64,000 nt of DNA from Octopus vulgaris (GCA_951406725.2 OX597822.1:10850001-10914000), one strand, 5' to 3'. Shown: positions 1-13,951, counted from the first letter of the stretch. Notes: generated by a model not told the origin, from the sequence alone. Program-made: numbers and translations.

Positions 1-62
1 CTGATATAATCGACCAGTCCTCTCCCCACAAAATCCCAGGCCTTGTGCTTTTAGTAGACAGG

Positions 63-130
<68 letters not shown>

Positions 131-140
131 CATTATTATT

Positions 141-486
141 CAGTAGTTTTATTTTTATAGCGTGCTTTCACTTCACTACCGAGCGCAGCTCTGTGTGCCT
201 TAGGTATGTGCTGTGATTTGTTGTGATGCTCTGATGGTTATTGTATGGAAAGTGTTCTGCGTAGGATGTGTGCAGTGCCTAGTAGTGCAATTTTCTGTAT
301 GTTATATGTGTTTTTGTTATGTATTTGTCTGAATATTTTTTTATCATGCCTAATGCACCTACTATGATAGGAATTGTTTCTGTTTTCAGATTCCACATTC
401 TAGTTACCTCTATTTCCAGGTCTTTGTATTTTGAGAGTTTCTCCATTTCTTTTAGAGACACGTTGTCATCTGCCGGTATTGATACA

Positions 487-489
<3 letters not shown>
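141..489 (-). mobile_element. R4/Dong-like non-LTR retrotransposon, short 3' fragment (RLE C-terminus + 3' UTR)
   Basis: Nearly identical to 823-1189 apart from an ~18-bp deletion and a few small changes. Encodes ...KLSKYKDLEIEVTRMWNLKTETIPIIVGALG. Flanked on both sides by (TAA)n. Confidence 0.9.
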
Positions 490-562
<73 letters not shown>

Positions 563-566
563 CATT

Positions 567-765
567 GGCGAGCTGGCAGAATTGTTTGCACGTTTGATGA
601 AATGCTTAGCAGTAATTTGTCTGTCTGAGTTCAAATTCCAACAAGGTCGACTTTGCCTTTCATCCTTTCGGGGTCGATAAACTAAGTACAAGTGAAATAC
701 TGGGGTCCATATAATCGACTAGTCAACTACCCCAAATTTCAGGACTTATGTCTATTGTAGATTTG
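567..765 (+). mobile_element. tRNA-derived SINE, family B, (ATT)n-tailed variant
   Basis: Head GGCGAGCTGGCAGAA, B box GAGTTCAAATTCC, core GTCGACTTTGCCTTTCATCCTTTCGGGGTCGATAAA. Further fragments at 1-62, 2651-2706, ~8800-8915, 9615-9890 and 21680-21780. Confidence 0.85.
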
Positions 766-767
766 TA

Positions 768-822
<55 letters not shown>

Positions 823-825
<3 letters not shown>

Positions 826-2588
826 TAGTTTTATTTTTATAGCGTGCTGCTTTCACTTCACTACCGAGCGCAGCTCTGTGTGCCTTGGGTATGTGCTGTG
901 ATTTGTTGTGATGCTCTGATGGTTATTGTATGGAAAGTGTTCTGCGTAGGATGTGTGCAGTGCCTAGTAGTGCAATTTTCTGTATGTTATATGTGTTTGT
1001 AAGTCCTGGTGTTTTTGTTATGTATTTGTCTGAATATTTTTTTATCATGCCTAATGCACCTACTATGATAGGAATTGTTTCTGTTTTCAGATTCCACATT
1101 CTAGTTACCTCTATTTCCAGGTCTTTGTATTTTGAGAGTTTCTCCATTTCTTTTAGAGACACGTTGTCATCTGCCGGTATTGATACATCAATTAGAAAGC
1201 ATTTTTTTCTTCATGATCTCTGACAACTATATCTGGTCTGTTGGCCTTAATTTCTCTATCTGTGTGTATCGGCATATCCCAGAGTATGGTTGCTTTCTCG
1301 TTTTCTGTGACCTTTTCTGGTGTGTGCCTATACCATCTTTTTTCTGTTGTTATTCCATAATGTTGGCATAGCTTCCAATGTATGTAGGTTCCAACTCTGT
1401 CATGTCTGTGAATATATTCCTTCTTAGCCAGGACTGGGCAGCTAGAGATAATATGATTTATTGTTTCTTGTCCATCTCCACATATTCTGCAGTTACTTGT
1501 AATATTTCTTTTCATTACATGATTTTGGTAATTTCTGGTGGGGAGGCTTTGGTCTTGTGCTGCAATTAAAAATCCCTCTGTTTCTGCTTTGAGTCCTGAG
1601 CTTCTCAACCATTGCTGGGATTTTTCTTTGTCTATTTCTTTTGCGTTTAGTTTAGTGCAGTATTTACCATGAAGGGGCTTTTCTTGCCATCGTTTTATCA
1701 TAGTTCGTTGCTGTTCTATTTTTAGTTTGGATTTCATTTGTTTTATAGCTTTTGTTGTTTCTTCATCATCTTCTTCTTCTTTGTGTTTATTAGGTGGTAT
1801 GATTTCTTGTTTGTATTTGTCAGCTTCCTTAGATACTGAGAACAGTTTTTTGTTTTGCTCGTGTTTTGCTGCTATCTGGATCAGTTTTCCTTCCTTCTGA
1901 AGTAGGTATTTTTGCAGTCCTATGGTGGTTATTTTATAGTAGTTTTCCAGCTGTATAAGGCCTCTACCACCTTCTATACGTTGTATATATAGTCTTTCTA
2001 TGTCAGATTTTGGGTGATGCATCCTAGATCCTGTCATTATTTTTCTTGTTTTCCTATCTATTTTGGTCAGTTCATTTCGTGTCCAGTTAAGGATATTGTA
2101 GCTGTAACTTATAACTGGGACAGCTAAAGTGTTGATACCTATTATCTTGTTTTTAGCATTGAGCTCTGTTTTTAGTATTGATCTAACTCGTCTATAATAT
2201 TCTTCTTTTATTTTCTCTTTCATTTGTGTGTGTTGTGTCTTATCTAGTTCATGGATTTCTAAGTATTTGTAAGTTTGGCTTTGGTCTAATTCTTTTATTT
2301 CATTGGTTTTATCTAGTGTGATGTTGTTACTCTTAACTAGTTTTCCTCTTTTCAGGGTTACTTTGGCGCATTTTTCTAATCCAAATTTCATATCTATTTC
2401 TTTGGTAAATCCATGAACTGTCATTAATAGTGTTTCCAGCTGTTTGTCATTTGCAGCGTATAGTTTTAGGTCATCCATATATAAAAGGTGGCTGATCGTT
2501 TTGCCGTAACATTTATATCCGCATCCAGTTCTATTTAGCATATCAGATAGAGGTGACAGTGCCAAGCAGAAAAGGAGTGGAGAGAGCG

Positions 2589-2591
<3 letters not shown>
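823..2591 (-). mobile_element. R4/Dong-like non-LTR retrotransposon, 5'-truncated (RT + CCHC + restriction-like endonuclease)
   Basis: RT motifs TLSPLLF, HLLYMDDLKLY, FGLEKC, GGRGL; zinc knuckle CRICGDGQETINHIISSC; RHD and RPDIV..ID endonuclease motifs. One frameshift in a homopolymer near 1202-1208 joins ORFs 1192-2682 and 923-1162. The 3' end AATAAAACTACTG runs into (AAT)n. The MQSR..poly-N start of the listed ORF is microsatellite/SINE, not element. Confidence 0.92.
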
Positions 2592-2653
<62 letters not shown>

Positions 2654-2785
2654 TTCAAATTCCACCGAAGTCGACTTTGCATGTCATCCTTCAGAGGTCG
2701 ATAAAATAATTATTGTTACTATTATTATGATAATCTACTTGTATTGTTAATAGTAGTATGATCTAGTAATATTGCCGTAGCAGCG

Positions 2786-2882
<97 letters not shown>

Positions 2883-3759
2883 ATGGCAATAAAATCAAGA
2901 CTGGAGAAAGAAGAGAAAATCACAATTTATACAGTTTATACTTTACCGAACTTCTGTCGCCGAATTACGTCGTTCGTCACTCAAAATGCTATCCGTGATT
3001 CTTTCCCTGCTATTGTTATTGTTATCGTTGTTATTTTGTTGTTGTTGTTGTTGCTGCTGCTGTTGCTGCTGTCTCTGTTTATTTGTGGAGGTGGAGGTGG
3101 TGGTGATTGTTGTGGTGGTGTAGCTGTCAGTGGTGTTATGGCCGTCGCTGCTGGCGTGTCGTCACCCGAGAGCAACAAACGGATTTAACTAAAGGATGCA
3201 CGCCACTTGCATCGCGGTCTTAACAATAACTGTTACAGTAAAATAGTGATTAATTCAACAATAATCCTATTAAGATATGTCGTCGTTCATTAAAACAAGA
3301 GAACAGAGTTAAATGGGTTCAAATGACGAGAGGTGTCCCGTAGGCACCCGACACACAATAGCACCATCTCTAACCCCTACCACTGACACCGCCAGTAATG
3401 CTATTATCCTGCTCACCACCACTAACACTCACCTTTAACATCCATCACAATTAACATCACTATTACCGCCACTTTCACACTCTCTCATTGCCATTATCTC
3501 CAGCATAGCCAACGTAGCCACCACCACTAATCCTCAAAACTACTATATCCACCACTTACATGCCCTCCCACTACCATTGCATCTAAGAGAGTTAGTATAG
3601 CCACCACCACTAGCACTCACCTTTAACATTCACCACCCTTAAAATTACTATTATCACCACTTACAATCCCTTTCGTTGCCATTACCTCTCACATCACCAA
3701 TGTAGATATACTGTCACTAACACCCACAATATTTACAGCTATGGGGAAATTTGTAAATG

Positions 3760-3950
3760 GTCACTCGATCTGCTAGATATAACACCCCAAATCTTTCTCA
3801 AACCTCATCCTACAGTTTTAAATGAGATAGAGTACATTGGAGAATGTAGTCTTAAATATACCGTATCTGGAATAAGAAGACGAGATGGTCATATCCTGAA
3901 GCACATTTGATAATTGGTCAGCTCATTCGATGAACAACTGAGTCTAAAAT
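3760..3950. repeat. Old dispersed repeat family (degenerate)
   Basis: The motif CTGCTAGAAATARCAGCCAAAT and its downstream sequence recur in decayed form near 4200-4340, 6000-6170, 18170-18320, 29870, 31150, 54700 and 62745-62905. Confidence 0.5.
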
Positions 3951-4994
3951 GTCGACGACACCAAAAGCCATCATTAACGCCTGTAACAGTACAACTGCCA
4001 CCAACACGGTATCAGTGTGAACTTTCCTGTAAACAATCCTAATTGTCACTAATAAAAACACAACTCATACCACCACCTACACCACTAATGGCAAAACTAC
4101 TAATACTATCAATCCAGATATCAGAAACACAAGAATGTTAACACTCGCTAAAACCACAATATTAAAACTTGCCATTAAGATGCCAGCGAGGACACTTCTA
4201 CGCAGCTGTTTGACTTGCAAAAAATTTTACCTAAGTTTTCTTTTTATATCCGTCTATCTTTCTCAAAACTGTGAAATATACAGAATTTTCAAATACTGAA
4301 TATGATACACTAGAAATAAAGAAGACAAGAGGATCACGGCTTCAATGCCGACCAATGATGATATTTTTGACAATGATATTTTCTTCTCCAAAAGGTGCAC
4401 AACAACTGCTAGTGAATGATAGATGACACAAATATGCTGGAAGTGGGCTTAAGATACTTATGAAATTAAGTGTCCCTTATCTAGTCTGCAAAACACTAGA
4501 AGTGAAAACTATGTACTAATACTCCTGAAAATACACTTTTTAATCCGAGGAGAGGCAATGGGAACAGCAACCAAAAAAACACTACAAAATCCACAGAAAG
4601 ATCAAACACATACATATATTTATATATTCATTTATATCTACAGAACAGATATAAAACCCGACGTTTAAAAATATAGTAATATATAAATATATAAACATCA
4701 TATAAAAATATATAAATATATAAGAGAATCAATGTTGCATATATAATATTCCAGTCTGTTATATATTTTGAGTGTTGTTGCCACTAGCGATCTCGAGATA
4801 TAACTTTATATTTTGTACTCCTGAAAATATACACATTACGGAAATAAATTCATCAACGATAAAGGGAGAAAATTGTTAGCTCCCTTCCTACTTTATTCTG
4901 ATCGACATAGAATCTATTTGAAAAGCACACATCACACCTGAAACAAAAATAACAAATATTCTAACAAAAATTGAAAAAAAAAAAATACTATATA

Positions 4995-5388
4995 GGCGCA
5001 GGAGTGGCTGTGTTGTAAGTAGCTTGCTATCCAACCACATGGTTCCGGGTTCAGTCTTCAAGTGTCTTCTACTATAGCCTCTGGCCGACCAATGCCTTGT
5101 GAGTGGATTTGGTAGACGGAAACTGAAAGAAGCCTGTCGTATATATGTATATATATATATGTGTGCGTGTGTATGTTTGTGTGTTTGTGTTTGTCCCCCT
5201 AGCATTGCTTGACAACCGATGCTGGTGTGATTACGTCCCCGTCACTTAGCGGTTCGGCAAAAGAGACCGATAGAATAAGTACTGGGCTTACAAAGAATAA
5301 GTCCCGGGGTCGATTTGCTCGACTAAAGGCGGTGCTCCAGCATGGCCGCAGTCAAATGACTGAAACAAGTAAAAGAAAAGAAAAAGAA
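4995..5388 (+). mobile_element. tRNA-derived SINE, family A
   Basis: A box TGGCTGTG(T)TG, B box GGTTCAGTC, internal (TA)n(TG)n, tail GACTGAAACAAGTAAAAGA. Small internal deletion after the B box. Confidence 0.9.
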
Positions 5389-5474
5389 TATACCATATAT
5401 GGCATCAGAAACAGCAAAATCTACGATCGTACAGAAGTGGAATGGACCACGGAGAGAGTGAAAAATAGAGAAAA

Positions 5475-5988
5475 CTAGCAGTATCGCCCGGCGTTGCTTG
5501 GGTTTGTAAGGGAAATAACCATATAAGCATTTTTAGAGAGTTACTTCCTTTATAGATGCCAATTCGGGCTTCCTTAGCCATTTCTGTTTTAGTGTCTTCA
5601 AGCCATGAAGTCGTTGTTCTAAAAGAACTCTGGTCTCCTTGACAACGCATTACGACGTTGATTTCCTTAAACTCCCTTCCCCACAGCTTCACGAGGGAGG
5701 GAAGAAGGGGAGAAGCAAACAGGTGCAGGTGTTTTAGCGTGGACGCCAACTCCGCCGCCATCGACACACGAAAAATTATGCATTAAAATGGAATAAAAAA
5801 TGATGTTGAATTATTTTTAAAATCCTAGACTCATCGTAGACGCGCGCTAATAGCCAGACGGGCTCGATATTAATCACGACTATAAGATACCCGAATTTGG
5901 TTAAACTGCACCGCAAAATGTGGGAGGAGTTAGGAATCTAAATCGTAGGAGACAGACACTCACACAACTACAGTTTTATATATATAGA
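5475..5988 (-). mobile_element. Non-autonomous Helitron
   Basis: The minus strand starts A|TCTATATATATAAAA and ends CCCAAGCAACGCCGGG hairpin...CTAG|T. These are canonical TC/CTAG termini at an A^T target with no TSD. Confidence 0.85.
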
Positions 5989-6993
5989 TGTAATACTGCT
6001 TTTCATGGTTATTTAAGGCCTGTCAGAAAAAAAGAAGGACGGTTGTTGGATAGATGGAGGCAAGGTAGAGACGAGAAGAAAATTCGAGAGAGGTACCACG
6101 TTGATTGACCTATTACTGTCATATTAAAGGAGCGTTCGATTAGGGCTAGTTTGGGGCTACAACAATAACAGCAACACAAACATCACATTTGGTAATGATC
6201 TAAGTCCAGCGGTTTCTACAATTGCTCAGTTACAATTTGAACCGAGGTCACAGGTTAAAACCGTTACAAAGGATTTGTATATAAAACAAACAAGTAAAAA
6301 GTCCCGGGGATGAAGTCAATGAATAGGTGGTGTGGGGGCCGTTTATGTCCTTCAGCATCTTAACATTATAACATGCATGGTGGGGGGGGTGAAGGAATCC
6401 ACGGGGTTGTGGTTAAGGGGAGGCAACTAATACTGGTAATTCAGCGATTCAATTAAAGCTACTAGGAACTGAAAGTGGGCTTAACCTCGTATATAGCAAA
6501 TTGTGGTCATAATTAGATATATACAGGTACGCAAGAAAAACACATCTTACAGGTACACTACAATGCACAAATAACAAGGTACTTACAATTAGGTGGATAA
6601 TAGTTAAGGCCAAATCACACGTTGCAATAGTATCAAATAATGAAACTCCCTAGTTGTCACAGTGTATTGAATATGCTTAATAGCCATTACATAGTCATTA
6701 AATTTATATTCGAGTTCCTATTATTATAAAACAATTTAAAATAATATAATGGCCCTATATGGGTACAATTAATGCCGGGTCCTCAGGCAGATTAGTACTA
6801 TGAAAAAAGTTACTTTTAATTTGAATGCCATATGAAGAACTTTATTCTCGCATTTATTTATGAACAGCATTGTTTATCGTGTTGTTACCTGCAATCAACG
6901 TGCAAGGTGTGTCTGCACACCAATGCCCGGGGATAATACGGATATTTTATCCCTAAGTCGGTTATTATAACCGCTAACTCTGTTTACACTATC

Positions 6994-7050
<57 letters not shown>

Positions 7051-7052
<2 letters not shown>

Positions 7053-7248
7053 GTAAAATAATATGTGACAATTATTCAATACCCAAGATAAAACTCCGAG
7101 TTTCGAATGCTGAGGTGGAAATCCACAACACCATCTCTTCGGTTATCTGGCCAGATAACCGAAGAGATGGTGTTGTGGATTTCCACTTCGGCATCTGAAA
7201 CTCAGAGTTTTATCTTGACTATTGAGTAATTGTAACATATTATTTTAC

Positions 7249-7250
<2 letters not shown>
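7051..7250. mobile_element. 200-bp foldback element in (TA)n; each arm is a hammerhead-like motif
   Basis: Symmetric about 7150/7151 (TCTGG|CCAGA). Plus arm: AGATAA-CCGAAGA-GATG...CATC-TGAAA-CTCAGAGTT-TTATCT. Confidence 0.75.
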
Positions 7251-7312
<62 letters not shown>

Positions 7313-7351
7313 GTATGTATAGACTGTTTGAGGTGGTGTACAGATATTGTA

Positions 7352-7521
7352 TCTTGAGAAAAAGGAGGTAGTCAGAATTTCGGATAATTCTTTATTAGCG
7401 CTTTCGTTCGTTTTTCGAACTCATGACAAAAACCAAAATTGATTGTCTTGACGAGTTCCATACACGAACTAAAGCGCTAGTAAAGAGTTATCCAAAATTC
7501 TGACTGCCTCCTTTTTTTCAA

Positions 7522-7523
<2 letters not shown>
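7352..7523. mobile_element. Imperfect foldback with two degenerate hammerhead-like arms
   Basis: Arms of ~60-70 bp are reverse complements. Plus arm TTGACGA-GTTC..GAAC-TAAA-GCGCTA; minus arm ..ATGA-GTTCG..CGAAC-GAAA-GCGCTA. Confidence 0.65.
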
Positions 7524-7578
<55 letters not shown>

Positions 7579-8334
7579 GAAAATATTTGTGTATATTTAT
7601 TTATAAGCATCTAAATACATTTATATAAATTACAAATACATATATATGAAAATATATACATATAAAACAGTTACATTCAATGTGTGTACGTGTGAATGGG
7701 TGTGTGTGTGTTAGTCTTATGCTTCGTTGCTCCAGTCATCAACTGCTTCATTGTTGAAATAAAAATAACAATGAAGACCAACAAAAATAGAAGAAATCTA
7801 AACAAAACAAATTCAAGATGAATTACACAAAAGAAAAAAGGAAGAATAAGAAAATGGAATGAGGAAAGCGCAAAAATATAATGAACAGCAAAATGGCCAC
7901 CAGAAGAAGGTGTATAAATCTTTTCTTGAGTAATTGCTTTCGGCGATAGTATAAGATAATAAACGACTTTGAAACGTTAGCAGACGTAACAACAGCTGCA
8001 ACAACAGGGAAGAAGAGCAGTAGAAGCAGCAGGCGCAGGAGAGCAAAGGAGAGGAAGGAGAAATGACGAAGAGGAATACTATTAATAAGAACAACATCAT
8101 CAACGACTTTAACAAGAATAGCAACATCAAAATTTAGTAATAATGTCCATAGAGACGAATAAAAAATCAGAAACAAAAAAAAGCATTACCGATACTGAGG
8201 TAGTGAAAGGAGAAACGAAAGAGAGAGAAAGAGAGAGGTACATCAAGAGAAAACTAAAATTAATGAGGGCGAGGATGACGTTGTGGATGAGGAGGCGAAA
8301 GTAGAGAGTGACTATTGCGATATTGATGACGATT

Positions 8335-8438
8335 ATATATATATATACATACATAGATAAATAGTTAGATAGATAGATAGACAGATAGATAGGTAGGTAG
8401 ATAGATAGATAGATAGATAGGTAGATAGATATATATAT

Positions 8439-8491
<53 letters not shown>

Positions 8492-8552
8492 AAGATATAT
8501 ATATATATATATATATAGATAGATAGATAGATATATATATATATATATATAT

Positions 8553-8586
<34 letters not shown>

Positions 8587-8589
8587 GTA

Positions 8590-8624
<35 letters not shown>

Positions 8625-8648
8625 GATATATATATGTGTGTGTGTATG

Positions 8649-8698
<50 letters not shown>

Positions 8699-8722
8699 TA
8701 CACACACACACATATATATATA
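8335..8722. repeat. Compound (GATA)n/(TA)n/(TG)n microsatellite
   Basis: Direct reading. Confidence 0.95.
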
Positions 8723-9239
8723 GACCACTATGATTAATTTTATGATTTATTCAGTAGATCGCAAATGAAAGGTAAACTAAGTGATAAAGAAATCTATTAA
8801 ATCACATCTCCCGGTATTTACTAGTAATTATTTTATCACCCCAGGAAGAAGTAAAGACACATTGACCCGCTGGTACTTGAACTGTAAAAACACATAAGTA
8901 AATACTGCAAGGCGTTCCCCCCACCCCAATACTATAAGTATGCTACTAAGTCAGTGATCGCGACATAGGTTACTAACATTAGTATAACGTAGCGTAATTT
9001 CAGAGGCGGCTATATACTTCATTATATCAACTCTTGTACAAGACTTAATTTCATCTAGTACGCTAATGTTGACTTTGTTTAAGATTTAAACTCAGAAAAT
9101 ACACACACACACACACAAACACACGCACAAATGTGTTGTGTGTGTGTGAGTTTGTGTATGCTTATGTGTGTGTTTATGAGTGTATGTATATACTTGTATT
9201 AAAGCTGCAAAATTTTCACAAAACTGTGGCTCAGTTTCA

Positions 9240-9389
<150 letters not shown>

Positions 9390-9527
9390 CTAGTATATTT
9401 GCATACTGTGCAAGAGCAAATTTTGTCCATTTCTCGTCCCTAAGAGAATGAGATGCAATGCGGGATACCATATGAACTTCGTAATCTCATGGCTGCATTA
9501 GTCTAGAATGGATTATTATTATTAATG

Positions 9528-9608
<81 letters not shown>

Positions 9609-10226
9609 GTGCGATGGCAAGCTGGTAGAATCGGTAGCAAGCCGGACAAAATGCTCACAAGCATTTCGTCTTTCTTTACGTTCGGAGTAGAAAAATGTTA
9701 GCCTCTGTGCCTATCGTAGAAAGGATTACTTCGATTATGAAAGATGTAGTGGATTGGCAGACAATTTGGAGGGTAAGATTAAATGCCTTCCGATGTCTAA
9801 TAAAATGTGTTTACGTTCTGAGATCAAATCCCTTTCGAAGTCACCTTTGTCTCTCATTGTTCCGGGGTCAGAATTGTTCCGGGGTCAGATAAACTGGCCA
9901 TTTCCATCCACGAAAGAATCTACGGTTTTCTATCTGAGTCGTAAGTCATTATTATGGTAATTATATTTCAACATACATTGCTTCAGTATACCAGAGTGCC
10001 ATACTGTTTACAGTATGAAGATTTCGTGAACAGAATCCTGTGTATAATTATTCGCTAACACGCATCTGCGCATATGCAAGCACGTGTGCACATGTGCAGG
10101 TTTACTGCACTCACGTGCCAGCCACTGACAGCTAACACGCGTTCATATACACACATATATGAACCTAAACGCAGTATTGCAGTCAGCTTTATAGTTTTAT
10201 GTATACGTGGGCATATATATATATGC

Positions 10227-10331
<105 letters not shown>

Positions 10332-12128
10332 CATACATACATACATACATACATACATACATACATAATCACACATGTTCATGTGACCGTGCATGTGTGG
10401 ATGTGTCTATAGATACTTTTACAAATGTGTATTGTGTGTATATACGTTTCTGCAAACATACGGAGTGACATGTGCGTACATATACACTTAAATATTCGAG
10501 AGCATGTTGATGCAAATGCAAACGCACACGCAAGGACATGTGTTTGAATGCGCTGACACGGGAATACTCGTGCATGAAAGAATACAGTTTTCCATTTCCT
10601 TTCAGTACACAAGCAGCCTGTCTCTGTCGTAAAAATCTCCACTTTCATACACATGTATGTATATTTGAATACACATAGCACACAAAATGTCAGGCGCTGG
10701 TGTTGACGGCTTTACAATATCAGCTGAAGTATTGACAGCGTCACCTTTTCTGCTGTAATGTCGATGTCTTCGTATCTTCAAAACTAATTCTAAGACACCC
10801 GACTCACAATTTCAGGAGTAGACTTCACAGCTTCAGTGCTTTGGGTTCAAATATACCAAAAGGTGACTCTGCTGCTTAATTTTCGTCAAAGAAATTTCAA
10901 CCGTTAATGAAATAAAAATGAACTCTTCGACTTAACGCAGAGTAATTGCGAAAATGTTAACATGCCGGAGCTCAACGTAATACAGAATAAAACAGAAGAG
11001 CAACATTTTTGGAGTAACGCAGAACTGAAAATTAGAGACTGCCTTTGAATGCCAAATCATATCCCATGGACAACATATTTTAACCACCTAATGCCGAAGT
11101 GTACCCCTTGACCAAGTTTGCATACATGAGGCGGATAACATCATGAGATGTTAAATATCACATACTTTAGAATACTTAAAATATTACATTGTTTGGAATA
11201 ATAGAAAACTAATATCCAAGTCTTCCGAGATAATGTAGAATTTATTTATGAATTCTACAAATTTCTGAATAACATAGATATATGAATAACGTAAAACGAA
11301 ATTCTTTTAGTTTTAAATCTCTGAGTGACAGATATACACTAACAGTACCGAATGATAAAGTTTATTTGCCAACAGAATAAAAGACGATGTTACTATCATT
11401 TTAGCCTTAGGAAAACATATTTTCCGGCTAGCTATCGACAGAGAATTTGTGTCCGTATAGTATTAGCAAGGAAGGTTATCGCTCCCGTCTCCAGCCTTCG
11501 TGATACTCACAGACCTTGGTTTCTGGATTCTCTCCCGTCGTCGGCTTTTATAGGACTGCCACTTTCTGTTGGCAAATATACTTTACTATAAAATTATTTG
11601 ACGCTCTCAAATTCTGAAACAAGAGAGAATACATATCCCTTGAACACTACAAAATTTCCAATAACATTTTCTTAAGTGTGAAAATAAATGACATACGTAT
11701 TTTAAATTGTTTCTTTTCTTTTCTTTTTTATTTACTACTTAAGAGTTTGCCATTGCTTGTAGAATAGCACAACATTCAAAGATTAGGATATTTAGTTTCT
11801 GTATTTTTTACCTAAGATTCTTTATGTGATATTGCGTAGTATAATATTACTGCAAGTTCGTCGGGTGATTTTGCCAATAAAATAAAAAGTACTGGTTATA
11901 TTTTGCGTTTCTTCCATAGTTCTCGGTGAACTTGATTACAAATCAATAAGCTGTTTGATCAATCAGTCAATTGGTTGGTTGGTTGGTTGGTTGTTTGGGT
12001 GATCAAAGCCCTTTCGTTACCGTCTGCGACGTTATCGATTACAGGAATGGACTAAGGGCTCTGAAGAACAACTTAATTGAATTGAGCAAGGAAGAGAGGT
12101 GGGTAGGAGTGAAGAGAGGAAGTAGGTG

Positions 12129-13894
12129 TCAGATAAAGAGAGGATGGAAGTTGAGCCCATGTGGAGCAAAAGAGCGAAGAGAGAAGATTAATTCCTGTTC
12201 ACAGCGAAGACGGGAGTCCGGATGGCCCCTGTGCAAAGACAATCCGAATATAGACAGGTGTTGTAGTGAATGACCGGTAGAGCAGAAATGGCGCGAGATC
12301 GGGGTGTCATTGCCGAGTCTGATGCCTCGGATGTGCTTTGCGAACCGGTCAGCCAAGCGACGTCCCTTTTCACTGATGTAAAGAGAAGGGCAGAAAGAGC
12401 AGGAGTTGCAGTAAAGGACGATGCTAGAAGTGCAGATAAGGAGTAGGTGATATGCTAGGGAGAATGATGGATGTCTGTGAGGAGGTAGTGATGGAGAGGT
12501 AGGAGCAAGTGTGACAGCGTGGCTAGGATCAAGGAAATGAGCCAGGCAAGGAGGTGGAGTTAGGGAAGAAACTGCGGACTAGGAGGTCACGCAGGTTGTA
12601 AGCTCGTTTGAAGGAGAGAGGTTGTAGATTGGGGAAGAAGGCTCGGAGAATGCCGGGACAGGGAGGAGGGATGTTAGATGAGGGGAAACGGGAGACGGGC
12701 AATGGCGGGGCGGGTGCGGAGAGAGAGAGCAGACGCACGGTCCACAGAACGTGCCTTGGGAAGGGCTGTGTAGATAGTGGTGACAGGATATCCACGAGGG
12801 ATGAAGTGGCGAACCATGAGCTGAGACTCAATCTGAAAGTCATAGTTGTTAATGCGCAGACGGAGGAATTGGGAATGGGGAATGGGAGGAGAGGAAGGTA
12901 AGGTAGGAGTGTGAGTCGGGGAGTTTGTAGTTGATGGGGGCAGTGAGAGCTGAGTGGTGTACGTTGACAGAAATGTCGAGAAATGCGACGGAAGTTTTGG
13001 AAATAGTGCAGGAAAATTTGAGGGCAAGATGGAGGGAATAAGAAGGAGTCTAGTTGTTCGCGGGAGAGTGAGGTCGTACTCATATAGTCATCAATATAGT
13101 CATCAATATAGTTATCAATATAGTTCGAGAGTGAAACCAGTGAACCATGAGAATATTTGGGTCTCAACGTAGCCAACGAACGGGTTCCCATAGTTGGGAC
13201 CCATTCTCATTCCCATGGCTATTCTCGAAAATTTTGAGTAAAAATCCCCCGCGAACGAGAAGCAGTTGAGGGCGAGAACAAGTTCGACAAGAGGAAGAAG
13301 TGTGGAAGTGTCAAGTTGGGGGTTGGGTCGAAGGTCCAGAAAGTGCTTAAGTGCAAGAAGTCCCTCGTTGTGTGGGATCACCGTATATAGACTCTTGATA
13401 TCATGAATGAAGTTTAGAGGGGCTAGAAGGGAAGAAAAATGAGTTAAAGAGACGGAGAGCATGGTTAGTGTCGTGGATGTGGGAAAGGATGAAAGCCACT
13501 AGGGGATCAAGGACACGGTCGAGGTATTTAGAGATCAATTCCGTGGGGCATTTGCAGGTTGTTGGTCTTGTGGATTTGGGGAAGGAAGTAAATGGTGGTG
13601 GTGCGTGGAGTGTGGACAATGAGGTTGGAGGTAGACGAGAGGAGGAGATGTGGTCATGAATAGTAGAGGATACAGACTATTGGTAGTTAAACGTGGGGTT
13701 GGGGACAGAGAGCAATAGAAGGAGGTGACTTGAAGTTCACGGAGAGCTTCAACCTGGTAGAGGTCTGCGCCTCACACCACCACGGCTCCACTCTTGTCAG
13801 CCGATTTTATGATGACGTGTTTTGCGGCATCGGAGACATCGAAAGGCTGAGAGTGCTGCTGGGGAGATGTTAAAATGTCGGGGACGTCTGCGAA

Positions 13895-13895
<1 letters not shown>
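12129..13895 (-). pseudogene. Penelope-like element remnant (RT + GIY-YIG), multiple frameshifts
   Basis: Fragments NISPAALSAFRCLR, DIKSLYTVIPH, AMGMRMGPNYGNPFVGYVE, YIDD, KRAYNLRDLLVRS, and the GIY-YIG end RLADRFAKH..PISRHF..EQELIFSLRSFAPHGLN. The 5' side abuts (TA)n. Confidence 0.9.

Positions 13896-13951
<56 letters not shown>

Noticed and set aside
5209-5478. Recurring ORFs such as MTTDAGV...ETSKR and FSFRLPNPLTR
   Set aside because: Chance frames in SINE family A copies.
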